The translations under genes and the position numbers were made by a program. A DNA stretch of 25,217 nt from Candidatus Thorarchaeota archaeon (GTDB lineage: Archaea > Asgardarchaeota > Thorarchaeia > Thorarchaeales > Thorarchaeaceae): the NCBI GenBank assembly GCA_048882385.1, contig JBHLRQ010000041.1, positions 1 through 25,217 of the forward strand, given 5' to 3'. Of this stretch, positions 8,678 through 17,268 are shown piece after piece. Within the stretch, counting starts at the first letter, position 1, and every line of letters begins with the position of its first letter. A model generated the notes under the pieces. The model searched no databases and was not told where the DNA came from. It worked only from the letters and a program-made list of their open reading frames with translations.

Positions 8678-9910
8678 CTAGAGTTGAGTCATCTCTAGTA
8701 ATGGCTCTAGACTGACTTCAACATGAATAGTCACTTTATCACCAAAAGCTTCTTGAATCTCATTTTCGATTCTACCCTTGAACTCCTGCACTTTGTCAAT
8801 CTGTCTAGTGATGTCATCCCGTAGCCGTAAGAGATCATTTGTATGGTATTCCAGGTTCTTCTTAGCTTCATTGAGTGCTGCTCGAAGCTCGTCATTTTTA
8901 GTATACACATTAGAACCTGCATAGGTGTGTCGCTTCTCCTCAATTTCCTTTGCTTGGTTCTGTAGCTTCGAAAGACCACCCTTCCTCACAATCTCAATCT
9001 CTTCAATTGCTCGACGAGCTAGTCTGTCCTTTAGAGGGAGTTTCTTGGTTTCTAGGGCTTTTTGAAGACCACCAAGACCCTCGAGGAGGTTAGGATATCC
9101 TTCCTTCTCTGCTATGATTGCTGAATAAGGATCATCAAAATATTCTGTAAGAGCAATCTGACCTGCTGGACCAACTCTGACTCCAGTATCATGTTGAAGG
9201 AATTTCTTAACCTGTTTCTTCAAAGGATTCAGTTTCATTCTTAATAATCCGGATATGCGTTCTGCTTGTTCGTCAAGGCTAAGAAGCTCTGCAACATTAG
9301 AAGTTTCAGTAAAAGCATCATATGCTTTCTTTGCTTCGGTGTATTCAGACTGGGCAGTTTCTATTTTACTTCGCACCTGACGAATTTGTTCATCAAAAAT
9401 CTCCTTACTAAAAGTCAAATCATGGAGTGTGTCGATTCTACCTCCAATTCTTTCCAAATCTTTGACCCAACTATACTCATAGAGAAGTTTACTGATTCTA
9501 TTCATTTCTTTTGCAAGCTCTTTCATATAGGAGTCTAATGATTTGATTGTATTCTTGTAGCGTTTGTCCATCCTTCTAATCCAACGAGCTCCTGCTCCCC
9601 AAAGCTCTTGGATAAAGTGTTGAATCTCTCTCTGCATTGATTCTGTGTTTTCATATGTTATTTCCTTGTCAACATAGAAATCATTGACTATCTCACCGAT
9701 TTTCATTGCGAATCTAGATGCAATCCCACCACCTTCGATATCATCAATTTCCTCTTCATCTGTGAATTCTTTTGATAATTCCTCAATGTCTTTCAGAGTG
9801 GTTTCTACAATTTTATAGCTTCGTTCAGCTTGTTTGATGAAATCCTTGGATTTATTGCGAAGCTGTTTTTTATACCACTTCTGTAGCTGTTCAACGGTGA
9901 GATTGGTCAT
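8678..9910 (-). CDS. Alpha-helical/coiled-coil hypothetical protein (~410 aa)
   Basis: Charged helical sequence starting MTNLTVEQLQKWY (ATG 9910), ending 9 bp before dtdA. The upstream extension to 10225 overlaps the divergent gene and is rejected. Confidence 0.8.
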   Translation of the reverse strand: MTNLTVEQLQKWYKKQLRNKSKDFIKQAERSYKIVETTLKDIEELSKEFTDEEEIDDIEGGGIASRFAMKIGEIVNDFYVDKEITYENTESMQREIQHFIQELWGAGARWIRRMDKRYKNTIKSLDSYMKELAKEMNRISKLLYEYSWVKDLERIGGRIDTLHDLTFSKEIFDEQIRQVRSKIETAQSEYTEAKKAYDAFTETSNVAELLSLDEQAERISGLLRMKLNPLKKQVKKFLQHDTGVRVGPAGQIALTEYFDDPYSAIIAEKEGYPNLLEGLGGLQKALETKKLPLKDRLARRAIEEIEIVRKGGLSKLQNQAKEIEEKRHTYAGSNVYTKNDELRAALNEAKKNLEYHTNDLLRLRDDITRQIDKVQEFKGRIENEIQEAFGDKVTIHVEVSLEPLLEMTQL

Positions 9911-10004
9911 TAGAAAAACACCCAACTTGTAAAGCTCTCTTTTGACAGGTTTATCAACTTTATGACCCATGACAGATTGTATGAGCACAAGAGCAAACAT
10001 GACG

Positions 10005-10050
10005 TTTATATCAAAATAGACAATCGGGTCTACAGCATAGGAACTGTGAT
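10005..10050 (+). promoter_or_regulatory. Putative TATA box and SD-like site for the 10056 gene
   Basis: TTTATAT at 10005-10011, and GTGAT at 10046-10050, 5 nt before ATG 10056. Both support a start upstream of the in-frame TGA. Confidence 0.45.
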
Positions 10051-10055
10051 CAATC

Positions 10056-10859
10056 ATGTCTGAGCCTTTGGAAACTGGAAATCGAAAACCAAGGCTGGAC
10101 GTCACATACAATGTCGAGTGTTCATCCTGAGGTTTAGGTCGTCTTGGTTTCTTCATAATGCGCCTCAGTCTGATAGATCCCGCTGGAAAGGAACGCTTGT
10201 TAATCCGTAATCCTGCGGAATACAAGAGTGGATTCTGGCAGACATACTATTCAGATGGCATGTTCTGCAAGGCATCGTCCACAGAAAGCAAATCCTTTAC
10301 TCTAGAGAGTGAGGAATCTGCTAAGGGGACACTCAACGTGTCTCTGAATCATTCCCCACTACTAGATGGCATGATAACAACAAGAACCGACATCAATGTC
10401 TGGAGCTATAATAGACCTATCATGCTAATTCGCCACAGGACAACAAATGTCACGAACAAATCCATTGAAGATCTTAGGGTATACAACTTCATGGATTTCG
10501 ACATTGGCGGTCCAGCAAGTTACAAGGACGATAAGGCGGTCTATGACCCAGAGAAAGGAGTCATGATCGTTTATGATGGAAATCCACTTCATGTGGCTTT
10601 GTCATCTCGTCCAAAGGCGGACAGGTGGGAGATATCAAAACCTACAAAGCTGCGTGTCGATGAAGATTCAAACGACCTCAAGAATAATCTCCGGCTTGGA
10701 CCAGAAGACGTGGCGACTGGACTGCAGTGGAATATGGGAAACCTAGAACCCTCTGAAAGTAAATCAGTCGACATCGTCATGACATCTGCGGCCAGCCTCA
10801 AAGAGGTCAAGACTCTCACTCCAGAAGGATGGAGTCTGTTCGACAAGAAGATACGATGA
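10056..10859 (+). CDS. Putative selenoprotein (267 aa): N-terminal CxxU motif plus beta-sandwich (galactose-mutarotase-like / glucoamylase N-domain-like) region
   Basis: ATG 10056 is in frame with the 10158 ORF: MSEPLETGNRKPRLDVTYNVECSS(TGA 10128-10130)GLGRLGFFIMRLSL... A SECIS-like hairpin overlaps the stop. The C-terminal part (TNKSIEDLRVYNFMDFDIGG..DDKAVYD..GPEDVATGLQWNMGNLEPSES) is beta-rich. Confidence 0.8.
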
Positions 10860-10897
10860 AGCGGGAATGTAAAGCTCAGCAGTTTCCGCAGAGAGTA
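10852..10897 (+). promoter_or_regulatory. Eukaryote-like SECIS element (form 2-like)
   Basis: The AUGAA core (10856-10860) opposes AGAG (10890-10893), giving tandem G.A/A.G pairs. Helix II is GCGGGAAU/GUUUCCGC (10861-10868/10882-10889). There is an unpaired AAA (10871-10873), a GC-UCA-GC mini-stem and a short lower helix UAC/GUA. Confidence 0.75.
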
Positions 10898-10902
10898 GGG
10901 TA

Positions 10903-10965
10903 GTCCCCGGTTCTTTTTGTCGATGACCTGACAAAAAGAAAAGGAAGGGGACATGAGTCCCCCTT
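10903..10965. terminator. Inverted repeats between convergent genes (probable terminator or processing structure)
   Basis: Perfect 11-bp stem TTCTTTTTGTC/GACAAAAAGAA (10911-10921/10930-10940) gives T-tracts on both strands. A second hairpin GGGGAC-ATGA-GTCCCC lies at 10947-10962. Confidence 0.55.
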
Positions 10966-10968
10966 GTA

Positions 10969-11340
10969 CTAGAGATCTCTCTCTAGATAGTCCACCAGCA
11001 TCTGGGCCTCAACTGTGAGGAAGGCGAATTGCCCTTTGTTATTGAGATCTCCACCAGTCAGCAGACCCATGTCCTTGAGAGAGCGCAGGTTCCATTTTAC
11101 AGTGCTATAAGGAACAGCACTTCGCCTTGAAACCATGTCAGCTAAACCAGTCAAGCTCAAATCATGATACCTGAGTAGTTTTCGACTCAATCTCAGCACA
11201 AGTTTCTGTGTATCGCTTAACCTAGCATCAGCTAATTGTAAGAACGATGCAAGAAGACTCTGATAAGTAGTAGAAACCTCACGCTCACTGAATGAGCGTA
11301 AGAACGCATTCACCTCTGCGTGACTTAATTTGATAGTCAC
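10969..11340 (-). CDS. Winged-helix DNA-binding protein
   Basis: LSDTQKLVL..SLTGLADMVSRRSAVPYSTVKWNLRSLKDMGLL..FLTVEAQML has a wHTH pattern. The start is uncertain. Confidence 0.75.
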   Translation of the reverse strand: MTIKLSHAEVNAFLRSFSEREVSTTYQSLLASFLQLADARLSDTQKLVLRLSRKLLRYHDLSLTGLADMVSRRSAVPYSTVKWNLRSLKDMGLLTGGDLNNKGQFAFLTVEAQMLVDYLERDL

Positions 11341-11464
11341 CCTTCGCGTTTGAGACCCGATATTGATGAGTATTGGTTGTTTCAGTACCCATTGAATTTT
11401 TCACCTCGTTTGTTTTGGGTCAAAAAACCGTCAGGGTATGTTCACTTAAGTTTTGCCTGCAACG

Positions 11465-11977
11465 CTATTCAATGTCAGGCATCTCAAGTCCCATAGCTCT
11501 GAGTTTGCCAAAACCTTGACTAAACAAGCTCATGTGATGTCGGATGTTTTCTTCAGAGTCTGCTAGATTGGAGAGATAGGGAACAATCTCATCTAAGCCA
11601 CTTAGTTGATACTCCTCTTTCATAGAATGAATGGTGTCGCTCATGCCAAGTATGTCTTCAGAAAGAATCTGGGTAAGGTCGATCATCGATTGAACCACTT
11701 CTCTCGCTTCAGGATCAGGCATGTATGGAAGAAAGTCCTCAAATGCGATTTGAGCTGATTTGCACTTCTCTACTCGACCAGGAATGATTTCTTCATACAT
11801 CGAATGCATCCATCCAAGTCTTTCACTACTGGTGAGGTCTCTTAGATTATCAAGTGAGAAATAACCGGTGTATGGTCCAAATTCAGTACTTTCGTAGTAT
11901 ATCCAGTCTTCGAATGCTTTAAGTACGCGTCGCCAACCTTCATGCTCTGACAATTGGCTCACCCAATTCTCAGTCAT
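11465..11977 (-). CDS. Hypothetical acidic alpha-helical protein
   Basis: ~170-aa ORF with protein-like composition filling the gap between neighbours; no motif recognised. Confidence 0.75.
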   Translation of the reverse strand: MTENWVSQLSEHEGWRRVLKAFEDWIYYESTEFGPYTGYFSLDNLRDLTSSERLGWMHSMYEEIIPGRVEKCKSAQIAFEDFLPYMPDPEAREVVQSMIDLTQILSEDILGMSDTIHSMKEEYQLSGLDEIVPYLSNLADSEENIRHHMSLFSQGFGKLRAMGLEMPDIE

Positions 11978-11986
11978 CAATTGAGG

Positions 11987-12008
11987 TTATAAACTAGCGC
12001 GATATTTA
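11987..12008. promoter_or_regulatory. Overlapping divergent TATA-like boxes (leaderless transcripts)
   Basis: TTATAAA (11987-11993, +) lies ~25 bp before ATG 12019. TAAATA (12008-12003, -) lies ~25 bp before ATG 11977. The intergenic gap is 41 bp. Confidence 0.4.
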
Positions 12009-12018
12009 GAGATTGAAC

Positions 12019-12684
12019 ATGACATCAAGAATTGTTGAAACCATTAAGGTTGTCTTGAAACAATCAAAGGAAGACAATGAGGTTACCAACATTAGTAGTG
12101 ATGATGCAAAGTTATTGATCCAATTTGGATTTCCAAATTCAACACCATTCGTAATTGACCGGAGTCAAAGAATAAACCTTGCATTCAATGCGGTAACTCA
12201 TGGGGCAAGCTTCTCAGAGATTGTGGACCTATTGACATGGAAAGACTTTGAGGGATTTGTTGCAGGAATACTATCAGAAAACAACTATAGATGTGTTGAG
12301 AGTTTTAGAAGACGGGGTACTGCACTTATTCAAGGAATGGAGATTGATGTTGTTGGAGTTAAGGGAAGAACAATCGTTTCTGTTGATGCAAAGATGTGGG
12401 GAATTCGAGGAGGAAAAACATCAGCACTAAAGAATGCAGCTGAGAAACAGAAGAATAGAACTTCAGAACTAGCCTCTGAGTTGGACGGGCTTACAAAGAA
12501 ACTCTCACTACTGCCTGATGGTGTATATACTATATACCCAACCATTGTGACTTGGCTTGTAGAAGAGGTCGAACTTCACGAGGGGGTTCCTGTTGTACCG
12601 ATTACCAAATGGAACTCATTCATTTTAGATTTGGAGCAATATGAGGACATCATTGTCACCTATTCAGGACAACTAAAATCTTGA
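12019..12684 (+). CDS. PD-(D/E)xK restriction-endonuclease-like protein (Mrr-cat/NERD-like)
   Basis: LTWKDFEGFVAGIL, MEIDVVG and VDAKMW give an E...D...DxK catalytic pattern. Confidence 0.8.
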   Translation: MTSRIVETIKVVLKQSKEDNEVTNISSDDAKLLIQFGFPNSTPFVIDRSQRINLAFNAVTHGASFSEIVDLLTWKDFEGFVAGILSENNYRCVESFRRRGTALIQGMEIDVVGVKGRTIVSVDAKMWGIRGGKTSALKNAAEKQKNRTSELASELDGLTKKLSLLPDGVYTIYPTIVTWLVEEVELHEGVPVVPITKWNSFILDLEQYEDIIVTYSGQLKS

Positions 12685-12794
12685 ATATATCAACGCCTAT
12701 TGATAATGAGCATTCGTACTGTACACAAGCAATCAAGATAGTCCTTTTAACGGAGCGACTGTGTCCTCTGATTATCAACCTTGAGATGATGATA

Positions 12795-13691
12795 ATGCCT
12801 AGTCGTTTGTTTGGAGTAATCTATCACGAAAATGTGAACAACTGGGCTACTGCAGGATTGATTGAAGCAATCAAAACAAAAGGCCATACTGCCAAACCAT
12901 TTCGACTTCCTGAAATCGCAGCTGAAATTCCTAACAAGTTCACCTATTTGGATGAAGAAGACGTTTCCAACATGGACGGTGTCATAGTAAGGACTGTAGG
13001 TTTTGGCACTGGGGATCAGATAACATTTAGAATAAGTCTTCTTGAACACTTTGAGGACGCTGGGATTTATGTCATGAATCCTGCTTATTCGTTTAGGAGA
13101 GCTAAGGACAAGTACGCTACACTCACCGCTTTAAACAAAGCAGGTATTCATGTTCCACGTACCTATGTTGGCGAGAATCTTGAAGCAGCAATCAAATTCG
13201 TTGAAGATGTCAGAGATGTAATCATCAAGCCGCTAATCGGAGCAAGGGGAATGGGTGCTATCCGATCGGACAATCCAGAATTAGCCTATCGTGCTATGAA
13301 ATTCATTCACCAACTAGGACAGGTTCTATACGTTCAAGAGATGATAGAGAAACCAAATCGGGATATCAGAGCTTTTGTCATTGGTGGAGAATTGGTTGGC
13401 GCGATGTATAGATATATCCCTGAGGGGGTTGAAGATGAATGGCGTACAAATGTTCATGGTGGAGGAAACGCAGAACTTACTCAACTATCGAGTGAATACG
13501 AGGAATGTGCAATTCGTACTGCAGATGTTTTAAATTTAGATTACACCGGTGTAGATATTATCGAATCGCCCAATGGACCTTGTGTGATCGAAGCAAACGC
13601 AGCTCCGTCATGGAGTGCACTCGCTAGAGTGACAGGAATTGATGTTGCATCACTCATTATTGATAGACTCGTAAAACAATCAAGCCGCTAA
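12795..13691 (+). CDS. RimK family ATP-grasp alpha-L-glutamate ligase (MptN/CofF-like)
   Basis: AKDKY, VPRT, IIKPLIGARGMG, YVQEMI, DIRAFVIG, WRTNVHGGG, GVDIIE and IEANAAP. Start likely 12786-12795 rather than 12681. The substrate cannot be assigned. Confidence 0.9.
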   Translation: MPSRLFGVIYHENVNNWATAGLIEAIKTKGHTAKPFRLPEIAAEIPNKFTYLDEEDVSNMDGVIVRTVGFGTGDQITFRISLLEHFEDAGIYVMNPAYSFRRAKDKYATLTALNKAGIHVPRTYVGENLEAAIKFVEDVRDVIIKPLIGARGMGAIRSDNPELAYRAMKFIHQLGQVLYVQEMIEKPNRDIRAFVIGGELVGAMYRYIPEGVEDEWRTNVHGGGNAELTQLSSEYEECAIRTADVLNLDYTGVDIIESPNGPCVIEANAAPSWSALARVTGIDVASLIIDRLVKQSSR

Positions 13692-14420
13692 TCTTGCTTC
13701 TAAAATGGCTTTGACTTCATCCTGTTCGAGTGTCCTGAATAGCTTTTCCTTTGTATCGATTCTACCAATCTCAAGAGTCTTGGCTTTCTCAGCAGGAGGT
13801 ACTTCTGTTTTGTCTGTGACTTTTAGAAGTCCTTTGATTGCTAATTCAAGTGCTCCATCGAGATTGATGTTTTCTTTGTACTCTTCAGCAAAAAGATCAC
13901 GGACAACGTCAGCTTCTTTACCAATTGCAGCTGCTTTCCAACCCCAGAATGACCCAGATGGGTCGGTCGTATACAACTGAGGACCATGGTCGTCAACACC
14001 AGCCAGTAAAAGAGAAACTCCGTAGGGTCTTACACCACCATACTGTGTGTGCATTTGCTTCGTATCACAGATATTTACTACAAGAGAAGCAATTGAAATA
14101 GGTTCATCGTAGCTCAATCGGTTTATCTGTGCTTGAACTCGTGCTTGATCGATGAGCTTTCGAGCATCAGCATGAAGACCTGCGATTGCGGTACCTACAT
14201 GATCATCAATGAGTAGGATCTTCTTCAAGGAATCTAGATCAGCCATTGGATGGGGCGAGCGTTTCTCTCCAACCAATACAACTCCATCTCTAGCCTTGAC
14301 TCCTACCGCAAGTGGTCCATGTCGGACAGCTTCAGTGGCGTATTCTACTTGATACAATCTGCCCTCCGGACTGAAGACTGTGATGGCTCTGTCATAACCC
14401 ATTGACTGTTGTGGAAACAT
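13680..14420 (-). CDS. psmA: Proteasome subunit alpha
   Basis: GYDRAITVFSPEGRLYQVEYA signature, GGVRPYGVSLL and TDPSG. Confidence 0.98.
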   Translation of the reverse strand: MFPQQSMGYDRAITVFSPEGRLYQVEYATEAVRHGPLAVGVKARDGVVLVGEKRSPHPMADLDSLKKILLIDDHVGTAIAGLHADARKLIDQARVQAQINRLSYDEPISIASLVVNICDTKQMHTQYGGVRPYGVSLLLAGVDDHGPQLYTTDPSGSFWGWKAAAIGKEADVVRDLFAEEYKENINLDGALELAIKGLLKVTDKTEVPPAEKAKTLEIGRIDTKEKLFRTLEQDEVKAILEARLAA

Positions 14421-14528
14421 GTTTCTGATAACACTCCAGCAATATCTGACCTAACATCTGGCGTGGTCAAATCAACGTCAATCCTAGGGCGTTTAAAAGG
14501 TTGTCTGTGTGTTCACTATGATGAAGGG

Positions 14529-15227
14529 CTAACGCCACTCTAGCTTAAGATGGATGCCTGAGGGGACATTGTCAACGACTATTTGCAGCTCTTCAAGATT
14601 CGGTTCATAGTAATTTGCTACATCTGCTTCTCTAGTGCCTGAAGATTTTTTGAAGTTCTGTACTAGATAGTCCCCCTCAAATCCAAATTCTTTTAGAAGA
14701 TCACAAATTTCGAGAATCTCAGCTGGTTGTGTCAAACCTCCAACATATGTAGTCCTAGGCCAAAAACATACATCAGATTCCAATAATAATTGGATGCTTT
14801 TGAGAACCCTTGGCCATGGGTCTTGATTCACCCTAGTCACTTCACAGTATTTGTCTGGAGTCGTCTTTATGTCAAACCAGACTGAGTCCAGATATGGAAG
14901 AGATTGTTCAAGTACTGATAGAACCGATCCTTGCGTGTTTAGATTGATGTGTTTTGATTCATCCTCTAGTCGAATAGCATGTAGAAGGTCGGGAAGATCT
15001 TTGTGGATGGTTGGCTCTCCTCCAGTTATGCAATACCCGTCAGTCAGATTACCTGTTAGTCTGTTGACAATATCTGATACTGACATCGATTCTCCCGAAT
15101 TTTTGGGGATTATTGATGCATTCTGACAGAATGAGCAGTCCATGTTGCAACCAGCAGTGAAAAGAACTGTCACTGGGATTCCAGGGACATCAACAAGGCT
15201 TATGTCAATAATCGAAGCAATTCGCAT
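14529..15227 (-). CDS. Radical SAM activase, anaerobic ribonucleotide reductase-activating (NrdG/PFL-AE-like) family
   Basis: SLVDVPG..LFTAGCNMDCSFCQN (CxxxCxxC), ITGGEPTIH, LNTQGS and FDIK. Confidence 0.85.
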   Translation of the reverse strand: MRIASIIDISLVDVPGIPVTVLFTAGCNMDCSFCQNASIIPKNSGESMSVSDIVNRLTGNLTDGYCITGGEPTIHKDLPDLLHAIRLEDESKHINLNTQGSVLSVLEQSLPYLDSVWFDIKTTPDKYCEVTRVNQDPWPRVLKSIQLLLESDVCFWPRTTYVGGLTQPAEILEICDLLKEFGFEGDYLVQNFKKSSGTREADVANYYEPNLEELQIVVDNVPSGIHLKLEWR

Positions 15228-15667
15228 TTCAGCTCATATCCATATCTCTCTGAAGCATCCCTGGTTAAATCTTAAACCCATATGAGAACCTATCAGGTGA
15301 TATTGGGTCTGTATTACTAGATTTCATGAAGGTTTTTTCTAGAATCTTCTTAAGAAATATCCATCCTCGAATCGGTGGGGACCGTGCAATGGAAAATAGA
15401 TGTATCTCCCGACGTGACATCCTAAAAAGCACTCTTTTTCATATCCAAATAAAACAGTGTCAGTATATTGACAATTTCCCGGAGAAAGTTACAACCATTC
15501 TCGATACTGCGGTTGGAAAAAAGGGAATCAAGAAATATGAAGAAATCAAAAATCGATTATACCGAATAAAAACGAACTTCTTCAAAATTAATAATATCAA
15601 GAAGAAAGATTTCTTTGAAGGACTTTACCGGCGAATAGAGAATCGTGCAAAATAGGAAAAGCTGAAT

Positions 15668-17155
15668 TCATCGTTTCTTACGTGGTGTAGCTTTTTTCAG
15701 GGTAACAATAAATTTGCTACCTAGCGCAGGCTGGCCGTCTATTCGGTCAGTCACATCAATTGTGCCGCCATATTTACGAATCATCTGATTGACTAATGTC
15801 AGACCCACGCCACCACCATGCTTTCTCTCTGAAAAGAGTACTTTCTTTCGCATGTCACTAACTCCAGATCCATCATCCGCAATTGTCAGTATACATGAAT
15901 TATTGGTTGATTCAAAAGTAATCCAGACTTGTTTGTCTTCCTTTGGATTGTGACGCGCTGCATTTTCAAGAAGATTCCAAATCATCTCACCAAGAAGTAC
16001 ATCTGCTTCTACAATCATCTTTTTTGTTATCCCTTCAGAGTGGACCCTAGCACCATAGATACGCTCCAATACCTTGATTTTTTCTTTGATTACTGGAATT
16101 GCATCTATTTGGGAAAGAGGGATGTTACGTATTTGTGCTGCTCGTTTGACTTTCGTGATCAATCGATTGCAGCGTTCAACAGCATCAAGGATATCCTGTC
16201 GAGCTTCATCGATATAGGAAGGGGGTACATCTTCTTCCAACATTCCGCTACTTGTCATAATGACCTGCAGCTGGTTTGCAATATCATGAGACAATAGGTC
16301 GAGATAGAATTGGACAGTTTCCTCTGCATCTTTTTGGGCAGAGATTTCTGTGACCACGGCAAATGTTCCGATGAATTTTCCATCCCTATCAATATAGGGT
16401 GTTGCGGATATAATTGTTGGAATCTTTTCACCCGTTTTTGAAGTCCACATTAATTCATAACTTTCAGATTTGCCTGTTTTTCGATCTTCGATCTTTTTCT
16501 CAAGGCTTTCCCTATCCATATCTTTGGTAAGGTCCATCCAAGAATTACCTAGGAGTTCATCTGGAGTATATCCAATCATGTTACAGAAAGCTTCGTTTGT
16601 ATAGACAAGATTACCATCGGGGTCATCAATAACCAAACCGTCATTCATTGTTTCTACTAACATCTGGTATCGAGTTTCTGATTCTTCAAGAGCTTCTGTT
16701 CCAGCAAGAATATCTGTTATATCTAAGAGATGAGCAATTGTCTTTACTTTTCCATCAGGACCTTTAGTTACTGATACCCGACCCTCAACAGTTCGAATTT
16801 CTTCATCTTTTCGAATGATATCTATAGGATAGACTTCTGGTACATCTTCACCCTTTCTTCTGAGTTCGTAACGTTCAGCTGTCAGCTTTGCCATATCTTC
16901 TTTCAAGAATTTGCGAAAATCCTGTCCGATAAGATCATCAGGAGATCCACCAAAAATCTGGCACATTTTCTCATTTGCATACTCGATTCTGTAATCTTCA
17001 CCAACTATTGCAATTCCTTCATGTGAGTTGTTGAAGATTACATTCAACATTGCATAGTTTACTGCTGGAAGTGTATACTTTTCCTTCTCCGGAGTATTGC
17101 GGATATTCTCATCTTCTTTTTCCTGCTTGCCTATGTCCTTTGGCAAATTACTCAT
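15668..17155 (-). CDS. Cytoplasmic PAS-PAS sensor histidine kinase
   Basis: Two PAS/PAC repeats (YANEKMCQIFG, YTNEAFCNMIGY), H-box LSHDIANQL, N-box NLLENAARHN, G1 DDGSGV and G2 GGGVGL. No TM segments. Likely start ATG 17155 after GGAG. Confidence 0.93.
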   Translation of the reverse strand: MSNLPKDIGKQEKEDENIRNTPEKEKYTLPAVNYAMLNVIFNNSHEGIAIVGEDYRIEYANEKMCQIFGGSPDDLIGQDFRKFLKEDMAKLTAERYELRRKGEDVPEVYPIDIIRKDEEIRTVEGRVSVTKGPDGKVKTIAHLLDITDILAGTEALEESETRYQMLVETMNDGLVIDDPDGNLVYTNEAFCNMIGYTPDELLGNSWMDLTKDMDRESLEKKIEDRKTGKSESYELMWTSKTGEKIPTIISATPYIDRDGKFIGTFAVVTEISAQKDAEETVQFYLDLLSHDIANQLQVIMTSSGMLEEDVPPSYIDEARQDILDAVERCNRLITKVKRAAQIRNIPLSQIDAIPVIKEKIKVLERIYGARVHSEGITKKMIVEADVLLGEMIWNLLENAARHNPKEDKQVWITFESTNNSCILTIADDGSGVSDMRKKVLFSERKHGGGVGLTLVNQMIRKYGGTIDVTDRIDGQPALGSKFIVTLKKATPRKKR

Positions 17156-17268
17156 ACTCCAGAAACTCGTTCTCATTGAATGCGTTGCATAAATCATATT
17201 GTATTATTATTAAGAGCGGTCAAGAAATTCAGACAGTCTCGCTAATTATGCCTTCCGTGCGCGAATAA

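Noticed and set aside
10128-10130. In-frame TGA read as a pseudogene nonsense mutation or as lying upstream of the gene
   Set aside because: Its position in CxxU, the upstream ATG with promoter signals and the SECIS-like hairpin together favour Sec recoding, though this is unproven.
9911-10225. N-terminal 105-aa extension of the 515-aa minus-strand ORF
   Set aside because: It overlaps the divergent selenoprotein gene and its promoter, and its composition differs from the helical body. ATG 9910 is more plausible.
12019-12684. Restriction-modification or defence island around the PD-(D/E)xK nuclease
   Set aside because: No methyltransferase, other defence gene or mobility marker is nearby; it is a solitary gene among housekeeping genes.
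15326-15655. 109-aa plus-strand ORF
   Set aside because: AT-rich, Lys/Ile/Asn-biased, with no recognisable motif. It is not supportable as a CDS, although it cannot be excluded.
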